Source of the DNA: Marsupella aquatica
Lineage: Eukaryota > Plantae > Marchantiophyta
NCBI GenBank assembly: GCA_973895155.1
Contig: OZ316893.1
Span: 28,344,210 to 28,408,209, forward strand
Direction of reading: 5' to 3'
Length of the DNA stretch: 64,000 nucleotides
In this document: one piece after another, positions 32,403 to 45,878 of the stretch
How positions within the stretch are numbered: the stretch's first letter is position 1
Layout of the letters: every line of letters begins with the position of its first letter
Program-made: the position numbers and the translations under genes
Notes under the pieces: generated by a model
What the model was told of the DNA's origin: nothing
The model's database searches: none
The model's input: the letters and a program-made list of their open reading frames with translations, nothing else

Positions 32403-35400
32403 ATGCACCCTGGTCACCACCCTCCCCAGACCCAGCCCAGGGCACAGGCACTGCCTTTGCATCATCCCACAAGGATATCACGCCATGATAATAAGCTTTG
32501 GCAGCGTGAAAGGTTACGAACCAGACTTTCAGGAGCCAGTAGGATGAGATGTCCTTGTGCAATCTGCCAAGGATCCCGTACCAGGGGTCTGAATGAGGTT
32601 TGGCGGCATATCGCGGTTCATGGAAGAGATCCACGACATCGAGTTTGGAATGATCCTGCAGAGGAAGATTCTTCCGACGAGGAGTGGAGGTTAGAATTTG
32701 ATGCTGCCAATGCTGCAAGACGGGCAAGTGAGGTTCTGCCTGGTGCATTTGAAAATGTTGTAGCTGGTCTCTGTGGGTTGTCAGCTCTCCAACGGGATGG
32801 TGCTCAGGCAGCACCACGTGACGAAGGAATTCATGTGGAAGAGATGGTGAGAGACATCTTCCAAGACTTGGATGCATTTCATGATGGGCTGGACAATGAA
32901 GAGGATACGGCTGCAGATGCAAGTGTGCCCCCTGTCGAAGAGCCTCTTGATGAGTTTGAGATAGGGCAGGAAACCCCTGGGCATGATGGGATGTTTGGCT
33001 CTCCCCTGCAAATACAGGAAGGCAGGAAGTCTTTGTACCCCGGTAGCAAATGTTCTAAACTGGGATTTGTCATCATGTTCCTGAACATTTGCGGCAACCA
33101 CAATGTCCCCAACGTTTTGGTTTCTGAGTTGTTGGCATTCTTGCGAACAACTGTGCTACCAGATGGTAATATTTTGCCCAAGAACATGTACGAGGCAAAA
33201 AGATGCATATCTAATCTTGGATTGAACTATGATTCGATCCATGCCTGTCCTGATGGGCATGTTCTTTTCAGAAAGGAGTATAAAGAATCGTTGACATGCC
33301 CTAAGTGTGGGAAGCACAGGTATCGGAACTCAGGAAAGTCTATGGTTCCCGCCAAGGTACTTCGTCATTTTCCACTCATTCCCAGACTTCAGCGGATGTT
33401 CAGAAGCCGTGCCATCTCGGAGATGATGACTTGGGCAACTGACAAGAAAAGTGATGATGGGCTACAACGACATGCTGCAGATTCAAGGCAATGGAAACTC
33501 ATAGATGAGATGTATCCCGAATTTGCTGCTGAGCCGAGGAATGTCAGACTTGGGCTGTCATTGGATGGGGTAAACCCATTTGGAGACAAGAACAACAAAT
33601 TTTCATGCTGGCCTGTAACTATTTTGAATTATAACCTTCCTCCTTGGATGACTACAAAGCGATTTTTTGTTCTGATGGTCCTACTGATACCAGGGCCAGA
33701 CAGTGCTGTATCTGCCAACATAGATGTGTTTCTGGCTCCCCTAGTGGAGGAATTGAGAAAGCTTTGGGAGGAAGGAGTTCTCACATATGATGTCCTACAG
33801 AGGCTTGGGAGGTTAAACCCATTCATCCTTAGAGCCATTGTCATTCTGACTATAGCTGACTACCCAGCCCATGGGATGATATCAGGCCAAACAACAAAAG
33901 GATATTGTGCTTGTACTATCTGTGGGCGCAATGTCACCAGTGAGTACTCCAGAGCCCTGCAGAAAGTGATATACATGGGCCATCGTCGTTTTCTGAAGAC
34001 AGATCACCCTTACAGAGAAAGACAGGCACTGATTGCACACTTTGGCAATGAGATTGAGCAACGTGGACCCCCGGCACGAGTGACCAAAGAGGAGATCAGG
34101 CAGTGGGGAGCACTGAGGGATGACTATATCAAACGAGGGGGCAGGGAAGATGGAGTGAGTGATCCAATAAAGCGATATGGTGTAAAAAGACTGAGCATAT
34201 TGGACTTGGAGCTCAAGTACTGGAGGGTAAGCCTCTTGGAGTTGATGCTAATTGGGATACATGTTTTGGTTCAGAGCATGTGCATTCATTTCGAAGAGAG
34301 AGACTAAACTTGAGGCATTTCCTGACGCTTTTGCATTGCAACGATGCAGGAGTTTGAGCCAAGCAAACATAACATTGATGTTATGCACATTGAAAAGAAT
34401 ATTTGTGAGAGTCTACTCAGATTCTTGTGTGGAGAGAAAGACACTGGTTCAGTGAGATTGGATCTTGAACAGAGGGGAATGAAACCCCATCTTTGGTTGA
34501 GGCCACATGCCCACAGAGCTGATGTGCTCTTGAAGTACCAAGCGCCCTATGTTCTGACAGACACAGAGTGGGAACTATTTGTGCAGAGGTTGAGTTCTTT
34601 GAAGGTTCCTTCAAACTATGGCAGTGCTTTCAAGAAGCATATCATGACTAGAAAGCTTGGTAGTATGAAAAGCCATGACTACCATATGTTGATGCAACAG
34701 GTGTTGCCTTTATGCCTGAGGGGCCTGTTGCAGAAGCCTGTTCGTACTGTGATCATGCGACTCAGTGATGTGTTTCGTCGTATTTGTGTGAAGGTTTGGG
34801 ATGAAACACACTTCCCACAACTGACAGAAGATGTCGCTCAGGTGCTGTGTGACCTGGAGATTTATTTTCCTCCCGCATTTTTTGATGTCATGACCCACCT
34901 ACTTGTCCATGTTGTGGAAGAGCTACACCAATTTGGGCCTGTGAGTGCTCGTTGGTTGTACCCTTTGGAACGGTACATGAAGCTACTCAAAGGTCACGTG
35001 AGAACATATTACAAACCTGAAGCAAGCATGGCTAAAGGTTACATCAAGGATGAGACTCTGGGATTTCTGACCGAATACATAGCACAATATGAGCATGTGA
35101 AGACCAGGGTGTGGAATTCTGATGAGGAGGAAGGGGTGGTAGGTGAAGTACTGGAAGGGGCTGCAACCACAAAGAACCTGACCATATCTATGAGAGACTT
35201 GGCACATGACTTTGTATTGCACAACACTGTGGTGATGGAACCCTGGATACAGTGAGTGCATACATGTGCTATAATCCAGTTCATGAGCTTAAATGTTGTG
35301 TTCGTGTGGTTTTCTCCTTCAGCCTGTTCATGTTTACCCAAGCTAATGCTGTGTGGTTGTTCGTTCAGGGAGTATGAGTCATTGAAGGCGGCCCATCCCA

Positions 35401-36134
35401 CTGCAGGAACAACTTTTCCAGGTTTCATGGAGTGGATCAGAGTGGCAATTAGAGAGCATCACGAGACCCACCCAGACATGGATGCAGATGTTTACCTACT
35501 GTCTAATGCCCCTAGCCTGAAAGTGAAGACTTACAAACGGATGAGAGCATATGGGAATCACTTCCGAGTGAAGGATGGTGACAGTGCCTACAGGGTGACG
35601 AATGACTGCGGGCTCATCACTGTATTTGAGCAACAGAGCCACAATCACGACAGGGCCTGGATGGAGATGGGATATGTGGGAGAATTAGTTGACATATGGG
35701 CTCTGGACTATGGGGCGGTGTCCAGTCCTGTGATTCTTATGAAAGGTTCATGGGTGCGGCAGGATTGGCTTGGTAACAGGGCTACCATGAAGAGAGACAA
35801 CGACGGTTTCTTGCTGGCCAATTTCAGAGGGAAATTGCCCGAATGGTCTGAGCCATTTGTGTTTCCTAGTCAGGTGGAGCAAGCTTTCTTCCTGGATGTG
35901 GAAGACTCCCCAGGTTGGCGTGTAGTGTGTCATAAACAGGCCAGGCAACGCCGGATGGAAGGATCAAACCTTGAGTTTCATTTACACTCTCATAGTGCCT
36001 TTGATCGTCGGCGTTCAGACCAAGTGCCTGTAGTTCATGATAGCGGGGACTTCATTCCTGTGACAAGGGTAGATGCATTTGCTGAAGGAGGCGAATTCAG
36101 AGATGCAGATGCCAACAGTGTGCCTGTGCCATGA
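32403..36134 (+). CDS. CACTA TnpD/Tnp2 transposase, 3 exons (32403-34226, 34350-35251, 35369-36134), ~1163 aa
   Basis: RCPCAIC; IHACPDGHVLFR..CPKCG; KVLRHFPLIPRLQRMF; PRNVRLGLSLDGVNPF; NYNLPPW; DYPA; HNIDVMHIEKN; MKSHDYH; FFDVMTHLLVH; WLYPLERYM; EPFVFPSQVEQAFF. GT-AG introns join the exons in frame with no stops. Confidence 0.95.
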
Positions 36135-36290
36135 GTAATGTGAATTGTTTGCATAGACATTAGTGAGGGGAAGGATGTGTAATAAAGTAATTCTGAAGCA
36201 ACACAGATGTATGGATGGATGCCTGGTGATTGTGGTTGCATTGTGTTATACGGGGTGACCATAGATGACATGTTTTTGTGGTCCAGTAGG

Positions 36291-39200
36291 ATGGAACAGA
36301 GTGACACAGAGATGTGTGAGTATGAAAGGAAAGCTATGGAACAACGAGCATACGTGAAAGCCAAAATCGCAGAACTGGATCTGGAAAAGGATGTGGCTGA
36401 ATTGTAAGGGAACGATTCTCAACTACACCCCTCCGCTGAGTTTGTGTGACATGAATAGTTCAATGTGGCACTGAAATTGTGACTGTATTCTCATATTGGA
36501 ATGTCGCAGAGCCACAGCATTTTCAAAGAAACAAAAGGAGTACGCAAGAAGGGTGACCAGCACTATCTCTGGGCCTGTGCGTCGGAGTGACAGGTTGAGC
36601 AAGAAGGTCGTACCTACAATGGCAGAATGTGGAGATGACATTGATGCTGCACAGGTGGGTGCAGACACTAGACAAGAAGATGCAGATGATGAGTATTTTC
36701 CAGAGGAAATGGATGAGGATGGGGGTTATGAAGATGAATACATTGCAGAGCAGCCCCAAAAGAAACATGTAAGTAGTTTTCCCAACAAGGTTTTGAGTTA
36801 AAAACTCTTGTTTAGAGGTTTCATATGTTCAGTACTACACATATGTACCTTGCTTAGTTCCTGACATTGTAGTTGGTGATGTGATGCAGCGTCCTGCCAG
36901 TTCTGTTTTGCCTTCGAAGCCTGTGCATGCACCATACCAGCAGGGGGGGCTGACCTCTGATCAAGGTTGGCGAGGTGGTAGTAGTGGTAGATCCCAGGCT
37001 GGTGCCCAATACTATGGCAGGGGGCAAGCTCTAGGTTATGCCCGTGGTAGAGGCAGAGCAGGTCCAAACCCACAATCTCGTGGGTATGGACGTCCACCTC
37101 AACCGTGGGGATGTGAGTATATATCTATATGCCAGTTCTTTGTGAAGGCATGGCACTCCTGAATTTCAGACTGCATATCAATTTTTGACATTGTTTGGGA
37201 TGTATTGGATTCAGACAACATGAAATTCTGTCCACCTGCCATTGCATGCAGATTCTGCCCAACCTGATTGGGCAAATGCTAGTAATGATCAGTTCCAATG
37301 TCCACAAGGACAGACATGGGTTGAACCAGGTTGGGAGGATGGTGGTGGGTCGTGGAATGAACAAGGTTGGGAAGGTGGTGAAGGTAATTGGCAGGGATAT
37401 CAAAATTCAGTACCTACAAACGCTGGAAGAGGAGCAGGTAATGTCTGATCTTGTCAGCAATGGAAGAACTCATTATATGTGGAGTCCATTCACGTGGGGG
37501 GGACTCTGCACATGTATAATGATAGAAAATGTATGTGTGCAGGTTGGACAGTCGAACCATCGACTCAAGTATTCACTAATGCCCCTATGCAGATGCAGCA
37601 CGGAAGGGGGACAGGTATGTCGGTGAATGTTCAGTTGTTTTCCTACAGTTTGTACTTAGTTTTCAGTACATATGTTTGCACACACATACCTAGAAAGTGA
37701 CATCATCCGGCCCCTGTACTAGGCTGGACAGGTGGTCCAGGGTCGCAACAATTTCAGAGTGCAGTCCCTGCACAGGCATCTACAGGCAGAGCTACAGGTA
37801 TGTATGTTTGAAGAATTTTTCTTGAAGTGAAGCATTGAATGTTGCCGTCATCCATTCTGCTATATGTAGTTCTCAAGCATGAATGGCATTGTATTTTCCC
37901 AGGTGGCTTCAGAACCCCAGGTAGGGTGAATGAAGGGGTGGCCAATACAACGCCCAGTACTACCGAGAGCAGTGCACGAGGGGAGGTGACAAAGAAAGGG
38001 AACGTAAAGTTGAATGAGAGACAATGGGTGGATGCTGAGTGTCCTCGCAAGAACCGATGGCATGCTGATTTGAAAGCTGAAGTATTGCGTTGGTTAGATG
38101 TGAGTGTTATTAATTTTAAAAAACAGCATCCAAAAGATTGGAAGACTGTATGTGAAAATGTTGCTGCCAAATGGAATTATGTGGGCAGTGATGATGGCGT
38201 GGACATAGGTTGCCTAGAGAGTACAGCAGGTAAAATTATCAAGCAAGAGAGGTGGAGAATGCATAAGGCTTGGAAGGAAGGTGGGGAGAAGCCAGATATG
38301 CCTCCACCAGCCAGTTGTGATGATAAAGTGTGGGCAAGGTTAGTAGCTTATTTTGTAACAGATGCTTCAAAAAAGAAGAGTTCACAGATGACCGAGGCCA
38401 GGTTGAGTGTTCAGAACCCTAATCTGACAGGAAGGACCGGCACTGCACCGACAGCTAAACGTTTGGTAAGAATGAATGGCCTAGCTATGTAATTTATGCT
38501 ACACTATGTACTATTTTTTAGTGTACTGTCCCTACATGTAAACTTTGTTTTTTAGTGTACGTTCCCTGAATATTGATCGATAACTTGTGTTTGCCATGCA
38601 TGTGCAGAAAGCCCAATTGGGGCAAAGCCCTTCAAAAGAAGAGTTGAGGGCTGAAATTGTGAACACCCGGGCTCAAGAGGGTGCATCTGAATCCTCCAAG
38701 CATGTAAGTTATATGAGTTCTGATTGGTAATTGAATGACCTGCGTTGAATTTCAGGTGTACACTGTATATAACATTGATTGTGCATATATTGCCCAACAT
38801 TTCATATGGAGTGATTGAACCTATACCCCTGTGTCATGTAGGGAGGTGGATCTTCACTTACAGAGATAAGTGGTCGTTTGAAGGCTGTCGAAACATGTCT
38901 TCCAGAGATCAATGAACGTTTGAATTCATTGACTGACTTGTTCCATGTGAACTTCAAGACATTAATGGAAGCTGTTGTGTCGGTGAGAGATAAAATTGAT
39001 TCCAATTCTGCAGGAGTTCCACCATCACCACTTGAGGTGGCAAAGTCGATGCACTCTTCTGGCATGCCAACGACATGTAGGCTTGAAGGTAAGGCCTTTA
39101 CAACTGTGTGGGATATGATTATTAAATGTATAGTTTGAATTGACATTGTTTGTTGAATGTGTTATTTTCAGTAACATATATTGTGGTTGTTGTGTCCATA

Positions 39201-39998
39201 GAGAATAAGACAGGTGCTACAGAGAAGAAGTATGAGAACCTGGCAAATACTCGCTGTAATTTAGAGGCAACAAAGTTGCAGTCTGTACAAGCAACTTGTT
39301 TGACAGAGGGCAGTCAACCATGTTTGGATGAGGATGACATTGGCAAGGGAGTGGATGATATCAATGTTGGGGCAAATGAGGATATCAGCAAGCATGACAA
39401 TGATACCATTGAGCCAGATTCATGCTATGTAGATCTTGACTCCATTGCAGAGATAAATGATTTGCAGAATGTATCATTCTCAATGACAGGTGTGCCTCTT
39501 GTTGAGATAAATCCAACCAAAGAGTTAGTTGGTATGACACTCCCAGGTGATGAACCTGCTACTGTGACAGTCCTAACAGAGGAACCTACTGAGCCTAGCT
39601 TCACTACTGTGAAGAGAGGAAGCATGCGCACACGAAGCAAGTCTGCTGGTGGGAGCAGAGCCACGTCAAAGGTTTCATACAAACCTCCAAGAACAGTGCT
39701 GGCAGAAAGATCTAAGGTGGAAGTGGGGAAAGCACCTAATGCTGAGGGACAAAGTGGCTTGTTAGCTGTTGATGAGAGTGGAACACGAGTAGGATTTGCC
39801 AGAGTGCAGGTTGGTTCCACAACGTTCCATGGCAAGAGGATTCCCCCAGGTTATTCAGTAGTGTTAGTCACATTACTAGTGAAACCTAAAGCTGTCCTTC
39901 CCATTCCAAACACAAATGATGATCCTCCTCAAAAGACACTTGGAGATGCTGCAGGTTCTTTGGTATTATGGCCAAGCAAGTTCATAGAGGATCCATAA
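36291..39998 (+). CDS. CACTA TnpA-like multi-exon gene (about 10 exons; internal boundaries approximate)
   Basis: N-terminal CEYERKAMEQRAYVKAKIAELDL motif; RG/Q-rich exons; Ptta/En/Spm-like exon (~37903-38465: WARLVAYF..SSQMTEAR...TGRTG); C-terminal Tnp1-like HGKRIPPGYSVV...LPIP...TLGDAAGSLVLWP. GT-AG boundaries between ORF pieces. Confidence 0.8.
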
Positions 39999-40494
39999 CA
40001 ATGTCATGCCATTATTTGTTTGTAGTGTGAGTCATGTTATGTAGATTTTAGATGTCAAGAAACAGTACAAGAATCATGTCCTCTTGGAGATTCATAGTAT
40101 CATGCATGTGCTTTCAGTTATCTCATCCTACAGTCATCAATTATGAGTTCCTGTTTTGTCTAAATTACATTGATCACATTGTAAACTATTCCATTGGAAT
40201 TCAAATGATCTTCATTTTTTAGCAAGATTGTGATTGTGTTTAATTCTTATGAATGTTTTATGTAGGATCTGCTTATATGATGCTTTGTTTCATGTGGATG
40301 TCATTCATGCTATGTTCATTTCTTGTATTCAATGTGTTATATTTCTAAAGTTAGAACATCAGGTTTCTATGTATTGTAATGTCGAGTGCTCTCTCTTCTT
40401 ATGAACTGTCCCTCTGTGTTCATTAGTCATGGTTATAACTTGCATGTGAACCTTATTAGTTATAAACATGAGTATATAGAGTCCCAAATGGTTC

Positions 40495-40835
40495 TGTTGT
40501 GTGACGCGGGCCAGGGTCTCCATTGGTCTCTCCTGTGACACTAAATAGTCACACGCTAGTCGTTGTTGAATGCGGGTAAGTCATGTATGTGACTTACGAT
40601 GTGACTCGCTGAAGTCATATTGCAGTCACGTCGAAACAAGGCTAGACTCCACAATAAAGTCACAGATCAGTCACAAATGGGTATCAAGCAAGTTGCAAAG
40701 CCCAGTATCAATAGTGACTTCCATTTTTTGGTCTCAACTTTTGCAACTCCAAGGGTCACAGCGTGGGTCAAGTCACGTTGAGTCACAATGAAGTCACATG
40801 AGCCAAAATGAGTCATATATTGCGGTCTCAGTTCA
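40495..40835. repeat. CACTA 3' subterminal repeats (gtcac/gtgac/agtcaca in both orientations)
   Basis: More than a dozen short motifs next to the right TIR, with a similar weaker cluster at 22640-22760. Confidence 0.75.
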
Positions 40836-40853
40836 CCTCGGATTCTTCTAGTG

Positions 40854-41337
40854 GTGGCCCCCAGTTTTGGGGGTGCGTGCACATGGGGGCGTGTGCAACC
40901 CTAATTGAGCATTGGGGGTGTAACGAGCTGGGGGTGAGGGAGGGGGAGGGGTTCCATGGGGGTTGAGGGTGAGGGTGGCCCCCAGTTTTGGGGGTGCGTG
41001 CACATGGGGGCGTGTGCAACCCTAATGTAGCATTGGGGGTGTAACGAGCTGGGGGTGAGGGTGGGGGAGGGGTTCCATGGGGGTTGAGGGTGAGGGTGGC
41101 CCCCAGTTTTGGGGGTGCGTGCATTGGGGGTGAGGATGGTCAAGATTGGGGGTGAATCACCCCCAATGTATGCATACTAGGAGTGAGTCCACGCTCCTAT
41201 CGCGACGAGGTGATCACAACTAGGGGTACGAGTAGTTGGCTTTTTATGTAATTTTGACTTTTTTAAAGTATTGGTAAAACGTTTCATTTTGGTGGATTTG
41301 CGCAAATAGCACGTTTTGGAACGTTACGTGCTCGCCT
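40854..41337 (+). repeat. Remainder of third higher-order repeat unit, right of the CACTA insertion
   Basis: Resumes the 121-bp monomer exactly where it was interrupted at 22610. Confidence 0.95.
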
Positions 41338-42472
41338 GTATATATCTTCTCTGCACAGCGCGTGCAATGAGGCCGGTCTTCAGGCCATTTCAGGGTATTT
41401 AGGGACCGCGGTGCATGGTCTCCTACATGCAGTGCACGGTCTCAACATTTCATTATTTGGACTCCCACAACATTATTATCAAAACCTTTAAACTCCACTA
41501 GTATTGATTAGGGTGACTTACGGGTGGTTGCCGTAGGCTCCCATAACATTATTTTTTAAGTGTTCATACACCACTAGCATTCATTGTGACTCACTTGTAG
41601 TCCCGCACTCCCATAACATTTCCAATAAATGTCTTTTGCAGCTATAACATTCATGTTGAAACCATTGGACTCCGTTAGCATCAAAAGTGTCACCATTCAA
41701 TTTGGGTTCGTGAGAAATACAAAGGAAACAAAGCTTGGTCAATGCTTCTAGAATTCTTGTACCAGCCTTCAATCTGGTTCCTTAATGTGCTCGTCACCTT
41801 CAAATTCCCTTCTGCATTATTGTTGGGTCGGTATTTTGGTCGGGAAGCATTGGCCTTCGAGAATTCCTGTCGCTGGCCTTCAATCTGGTCCTGACTGTGC
41901 TCGCCACCTCCAAATTCCCTTCAATCTGCATCTTGAATCTTGCATCGCTTGGATGGCGTACTGACATCGTCAATAATTGCAGCAAGTGATGGATTAGAGT
42001 CATTCACTGTCGGATGCAGTCTTCGAGCGAAGGCATTTCCGAATGGTTGCATTTTTTATGCTTACTGGTGGCAGTGGCGTGGCATGGTTTCAGGCTGAGT
42101 GTGCAGTGATGGAGCTTCTCTTCTGTACAACATCCATGGTTGCGGTATCCATGCCTTGCTACTCACCTCCATCTGTGTTGCAACTCCATTCAGACACTCC
42201 TAGGACCCAAATCGCCTTCACTGTCCAACCCACCATACAACACTCTTATGTAAAGGCTGTGTCTCACATGCGATACATGGTATGTCTCCAAGTTTCAGCA
42301 TATGGACTCCCACAACATTTCCGGTTAAAGTGGAGGCTCCCATAACATTTCCGGTTAAACCGTAGACTCCCATAGCTTTCATGTTGAAACCTTTAAACTC
42401 CGTTAGCATCAAATGTGTCACCATTCAATTTTGGACGTGGGAAATGAGATACAAAATTTTGGACGTGGGAAA

Positions 42473-42730
42473 TGCCCATGTGCTCAGATGGGTATGTATG
42501 TTTCAAATTACAGTATTTTGAAGGTTGGGGGTTACGAGGGATGGGGTATTCCAAAACGCACAGCCACCATGTGTTGGGGTAATGCAAGTGCCAATGTGCT
42601 CCGAAGGGTATGTATGTATCAAATTACAGTATTTTGAAGGTTGGGGGTATGAGGGATGGGGTATTCTAAAATGCACAGCCACCATGGGCTGGGGTAATGC
42701 AAATTAATGCCCATGTGCTCTGAAGGGTAT
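42473..42730 (+). repeat. ~115-bp tandem repeat (two copies plus partial; related copy ~43065-43133)
   Basis: atgtgctc..gggtatgtatg..caaattacagtattttgaaggttggggg...gcacagccaccatg repeated. Confidence 0.8.
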
Positions 42731-45391
42731 TAATAGGATAATGTCCTGGTTAGAGGGCATTGTGGGATATAATGCCCGTAACTAGGACATTTAATGTACG
42801 TAAAAACTTGAGTGACTTTTTGGTAACAAACAAGAAAAAGTGAATCCCTGAAATAGAAAATTCAAATTAAAGGGTCATCCAAGAAGTGGTTGCTATGGAA
42901 TTGGCCAAAAATATACCTTCTTTAGTTATATTAGATTCTATTCATAGATATTGTGTTAGTATCAGGTAGGTGTTTTGTATAATCCCCTCCTCAAAAAAAG
43001 GGGTGCATTATGGAGAATTAATGCACTCAAATATACAAAGAGAAAAGCCACGAAAGTCTTTACGTATCAAAATTACAGTATTGAAGGTGAAGGGGGGTAC
43101 GTGGGATGGGGGTATTCTATAACGCACAGCCACAGTTGAAGCCACTTTGATAAGTGATTACTCAGTTGAACAATAGGAGAGCAATGCTGCTCTAAGTGGA
43201 ATGTCTTATTTTGTTTACGAGTGGAATGTCTTGTTTTGTGGACTACCGTAAACAGACATGTTCATTAATGAAGAAATGCGGTGCTGGTCAGACTGTCCTC
43301 ACTGTTGTTTTTATAAAGTGGGATGAGAAGCTATTGACAAACCACATCATCACTGACCACACACACTCTTACTGTATAATAATCAGAAGTACTCACTGTA
43401 CTGTCCAGTAGTCTGCGTTTTTGGATTAGTTGTGATGATTTCTGTTCAGTCTGCTACTATAAGGAGGTTGAATGGGCAACCTTCCAGTATGGGTGAAGGT
43501 TTTTTCGGGAACAAACAGGCACAGCAGGGTAGTATGGTTGAATTGCCTAATCTATCTTGTTGTGGGCATTGTATTGCACCTCGCGCTAACCCTTGGTACA
43601 CTCTTAATCTTAAAAGGTGTTCATCTGTAAAGGCCAAGTATTCTGATAAACCCACACAACACTATTGAAAGAAAAGGAACAAGGTTTAGGGTTTAGAGTA
43701 TTCTGAGAAAACCACACACTGTTGACACTGTTTACATGATAAATGGCCATTGTCAGTAAGAGATACAAAAGTTGAGGTCATGTAATGCGGTATTATGGTT
43801 CATATTATTTAGGAAATTGGGCCATATACGTGGATATCATGCACAAGCTAGGGTAATCTAATAATCGAGTAATGTACAACTAAGGTTAATGTTAGGAATA
43901 CATCCGAACCTCGGGGTAATCCAATCACAAAGCAATGTACTAGACAAGTTAATCTTAGGATATTGTGCCATACACACGGATACGAAAGTTGGGGTAATCT
44001 TATCCATCAATAAATATACATTAATTAATGTTTAGGATTTGTGCCATACACATGAATACAAAAGCCGGGGTAATCTTATAATCAATAAAGTACTAGTAAG
44101 GTTAATGTTTGGAAATTGGCCACACCCATGGATACAAAGCTGGGGTAATCCTACACATAGATACGAAGCAAATGCCGGGGTAATCTAATAATCATAATTA
44201 AAGTACAAATGAATGTATTAAGGAATGTACTAAGCTGGGCTGTAAAAATGTGGGGTTTTACATACATGGACACAAGACTATAAACGTGACGAAATGATGT
44301 AATCATGCAGGTCAGGTAAAGTAGGAAGATTGTTTGTTACACCAACAGTCTTCGGCCACAAATGAGTTTTCGGCCACAAATGAGGTGTTGTACAACACAT
44401 TTGTTATGTCATACAGCCATCCATTTGAGTAGTGTTTTTTTATCTAGATGTAAGTGTCCAGTGTGAGGGAAAATTGGCAGGTCATGTGGGACTGGGGAAA
44501 ATAAATTTTGATTTGTGTGAAGTGCGCCTCACACGTCGCTTCTAGGTTCTGAAAATCTAGGGTTGATGGTAAAAATGAAAATGTATAATCTGAGTATGAA
44601 ATAGATACGGAGGTGTCGAGGAGTAAAACTAGACCAGACCAGAATGGGGCAGGGGGAGTTTAGGGTCCATTTATATTGAATGTAATGAGAGAATTGTTTA
44701 CTAGAATAAATGGTACCCCATATTTAAATAACGTGTCTATTGATCGATACCCAGGAAAGAAAATACCGTCCTATCTTCTTTGCACTTCAACCGATGCACA
44801 ATGCTTGCCTTTCTAGAGAACAAGGTAGCCAAAACAAATTCACCGAAGAGAATAGATAGTTCAAAACTCCTGACTCTAATTTACAAATACTACAAAAAAA
44901 CATTTGACTCTTACCTGAAGTTTTCCTATCGTCTAAAATCTTAAAGTTTCCCTTTCCTGAAGCTCAAATTGTTTTTCCTTCCCTGCCCTTCCTCAAGTTT
45001 TTTTCCCTAGCGCCTGAAGCTGGAGTTTTTTTTTCCTTCCCCCCTGACGGTGAAGTTTTTTTTTCTTCCTGGAAAAAGCTGAATTTTTTTTTGCTTGCTT
45101 TGGTTTTTGCTGTTTTTCTTCTCCCCCACTTTCACATTATGTAGGTTTGTACATCATGTGCGAAAAAAACTAGGATACAATGTATGGATTTGATGAAAAA
45201 AATCACCTCTGGTTTAGGGAACCAATATAGAGCAGGTAAATTCAGGCATGTACTTTGGCTGGTATTTGTCCCTGCAATACCCAAAATGCTGGTCCGGTGA
45301 GGTTTAGGGTCTTTTCAGTACGTTTGGAGTCCTTCTACCGGCGCAGGGCGCCTTCATGGGGTCCCTGCCCGCTTTGTTGCTTGCTATGACT

Positions 45392-45878
45392 AATAAAAGT
45401 ACCCTCATTAATAAGAGTACCCTCATGGACAAGGCCCAACACAAGGATACCCTTAGGAGATAAGAGTACCCTCACTGATAAGGGTACCCTCATTATCAAA
45501 GTACCATTGTTGATAAGTGTACCCTCATTGATACTTAAGAGTACCCTCATACGCAAGGGTACCCTCAGGAGATAAGAGTACCCTCATTGATAAGGGTACC
45601 CTCACTGATCAAAGTACCATTGTTGATAAGCGTACCCATTGATAAGAGTACCCTCGCTGATAAGAGTCCCTCGCTGATAAGAGTACCCTCGTTGATAAGA
45701 GTACCCTCAAGCACAAGGGTACCCTCAGGAGATAAGAGTACCCTCATTGATAAGGGTACCCTCATTGATCTAATTAAGTACCATCGTTGATAAATGTACC
45801 ACATTGATAAGAGTACCCTCACTGATAAGAGTACCCTCATGCACAAGGGTACCCTCAGGAGATAAAAGTACCCTCATT
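45392..45878. repeat. Minisatellite of ~18-bp units, copy B
   Basis: Duplicate of 1555..2041. Confidence 0.92.

Larger units (their letters stand above)
22611..40853 (+). mobile_element. Full-length CACTA (En/Spm) DNA transposon, 18,243 bp, probably autonomous
   Basis: 5' CACTAGAAGAA at 22611 and 3' TTCTTCTAGTG ending 40853. 3-bp TSD GTG (22608-22610 and 40854-40856). gtcac/gtgac subterminal repeats. Intact transposase genes. Confidence 0.97.

Noticed and set aside
32398-35948. Multiple minus-strand ORFs over the transposase (and over the PHD, BRCT and TnpA-like ORFs)
   Set aside because: Antisense shadows of real coding sequence with no recognisable motifs.
41581-42345. Possible gene remnant on the minus strand with an internal duplication
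   Set aside because: Short broken frames and no recognisable family; insufficient support.
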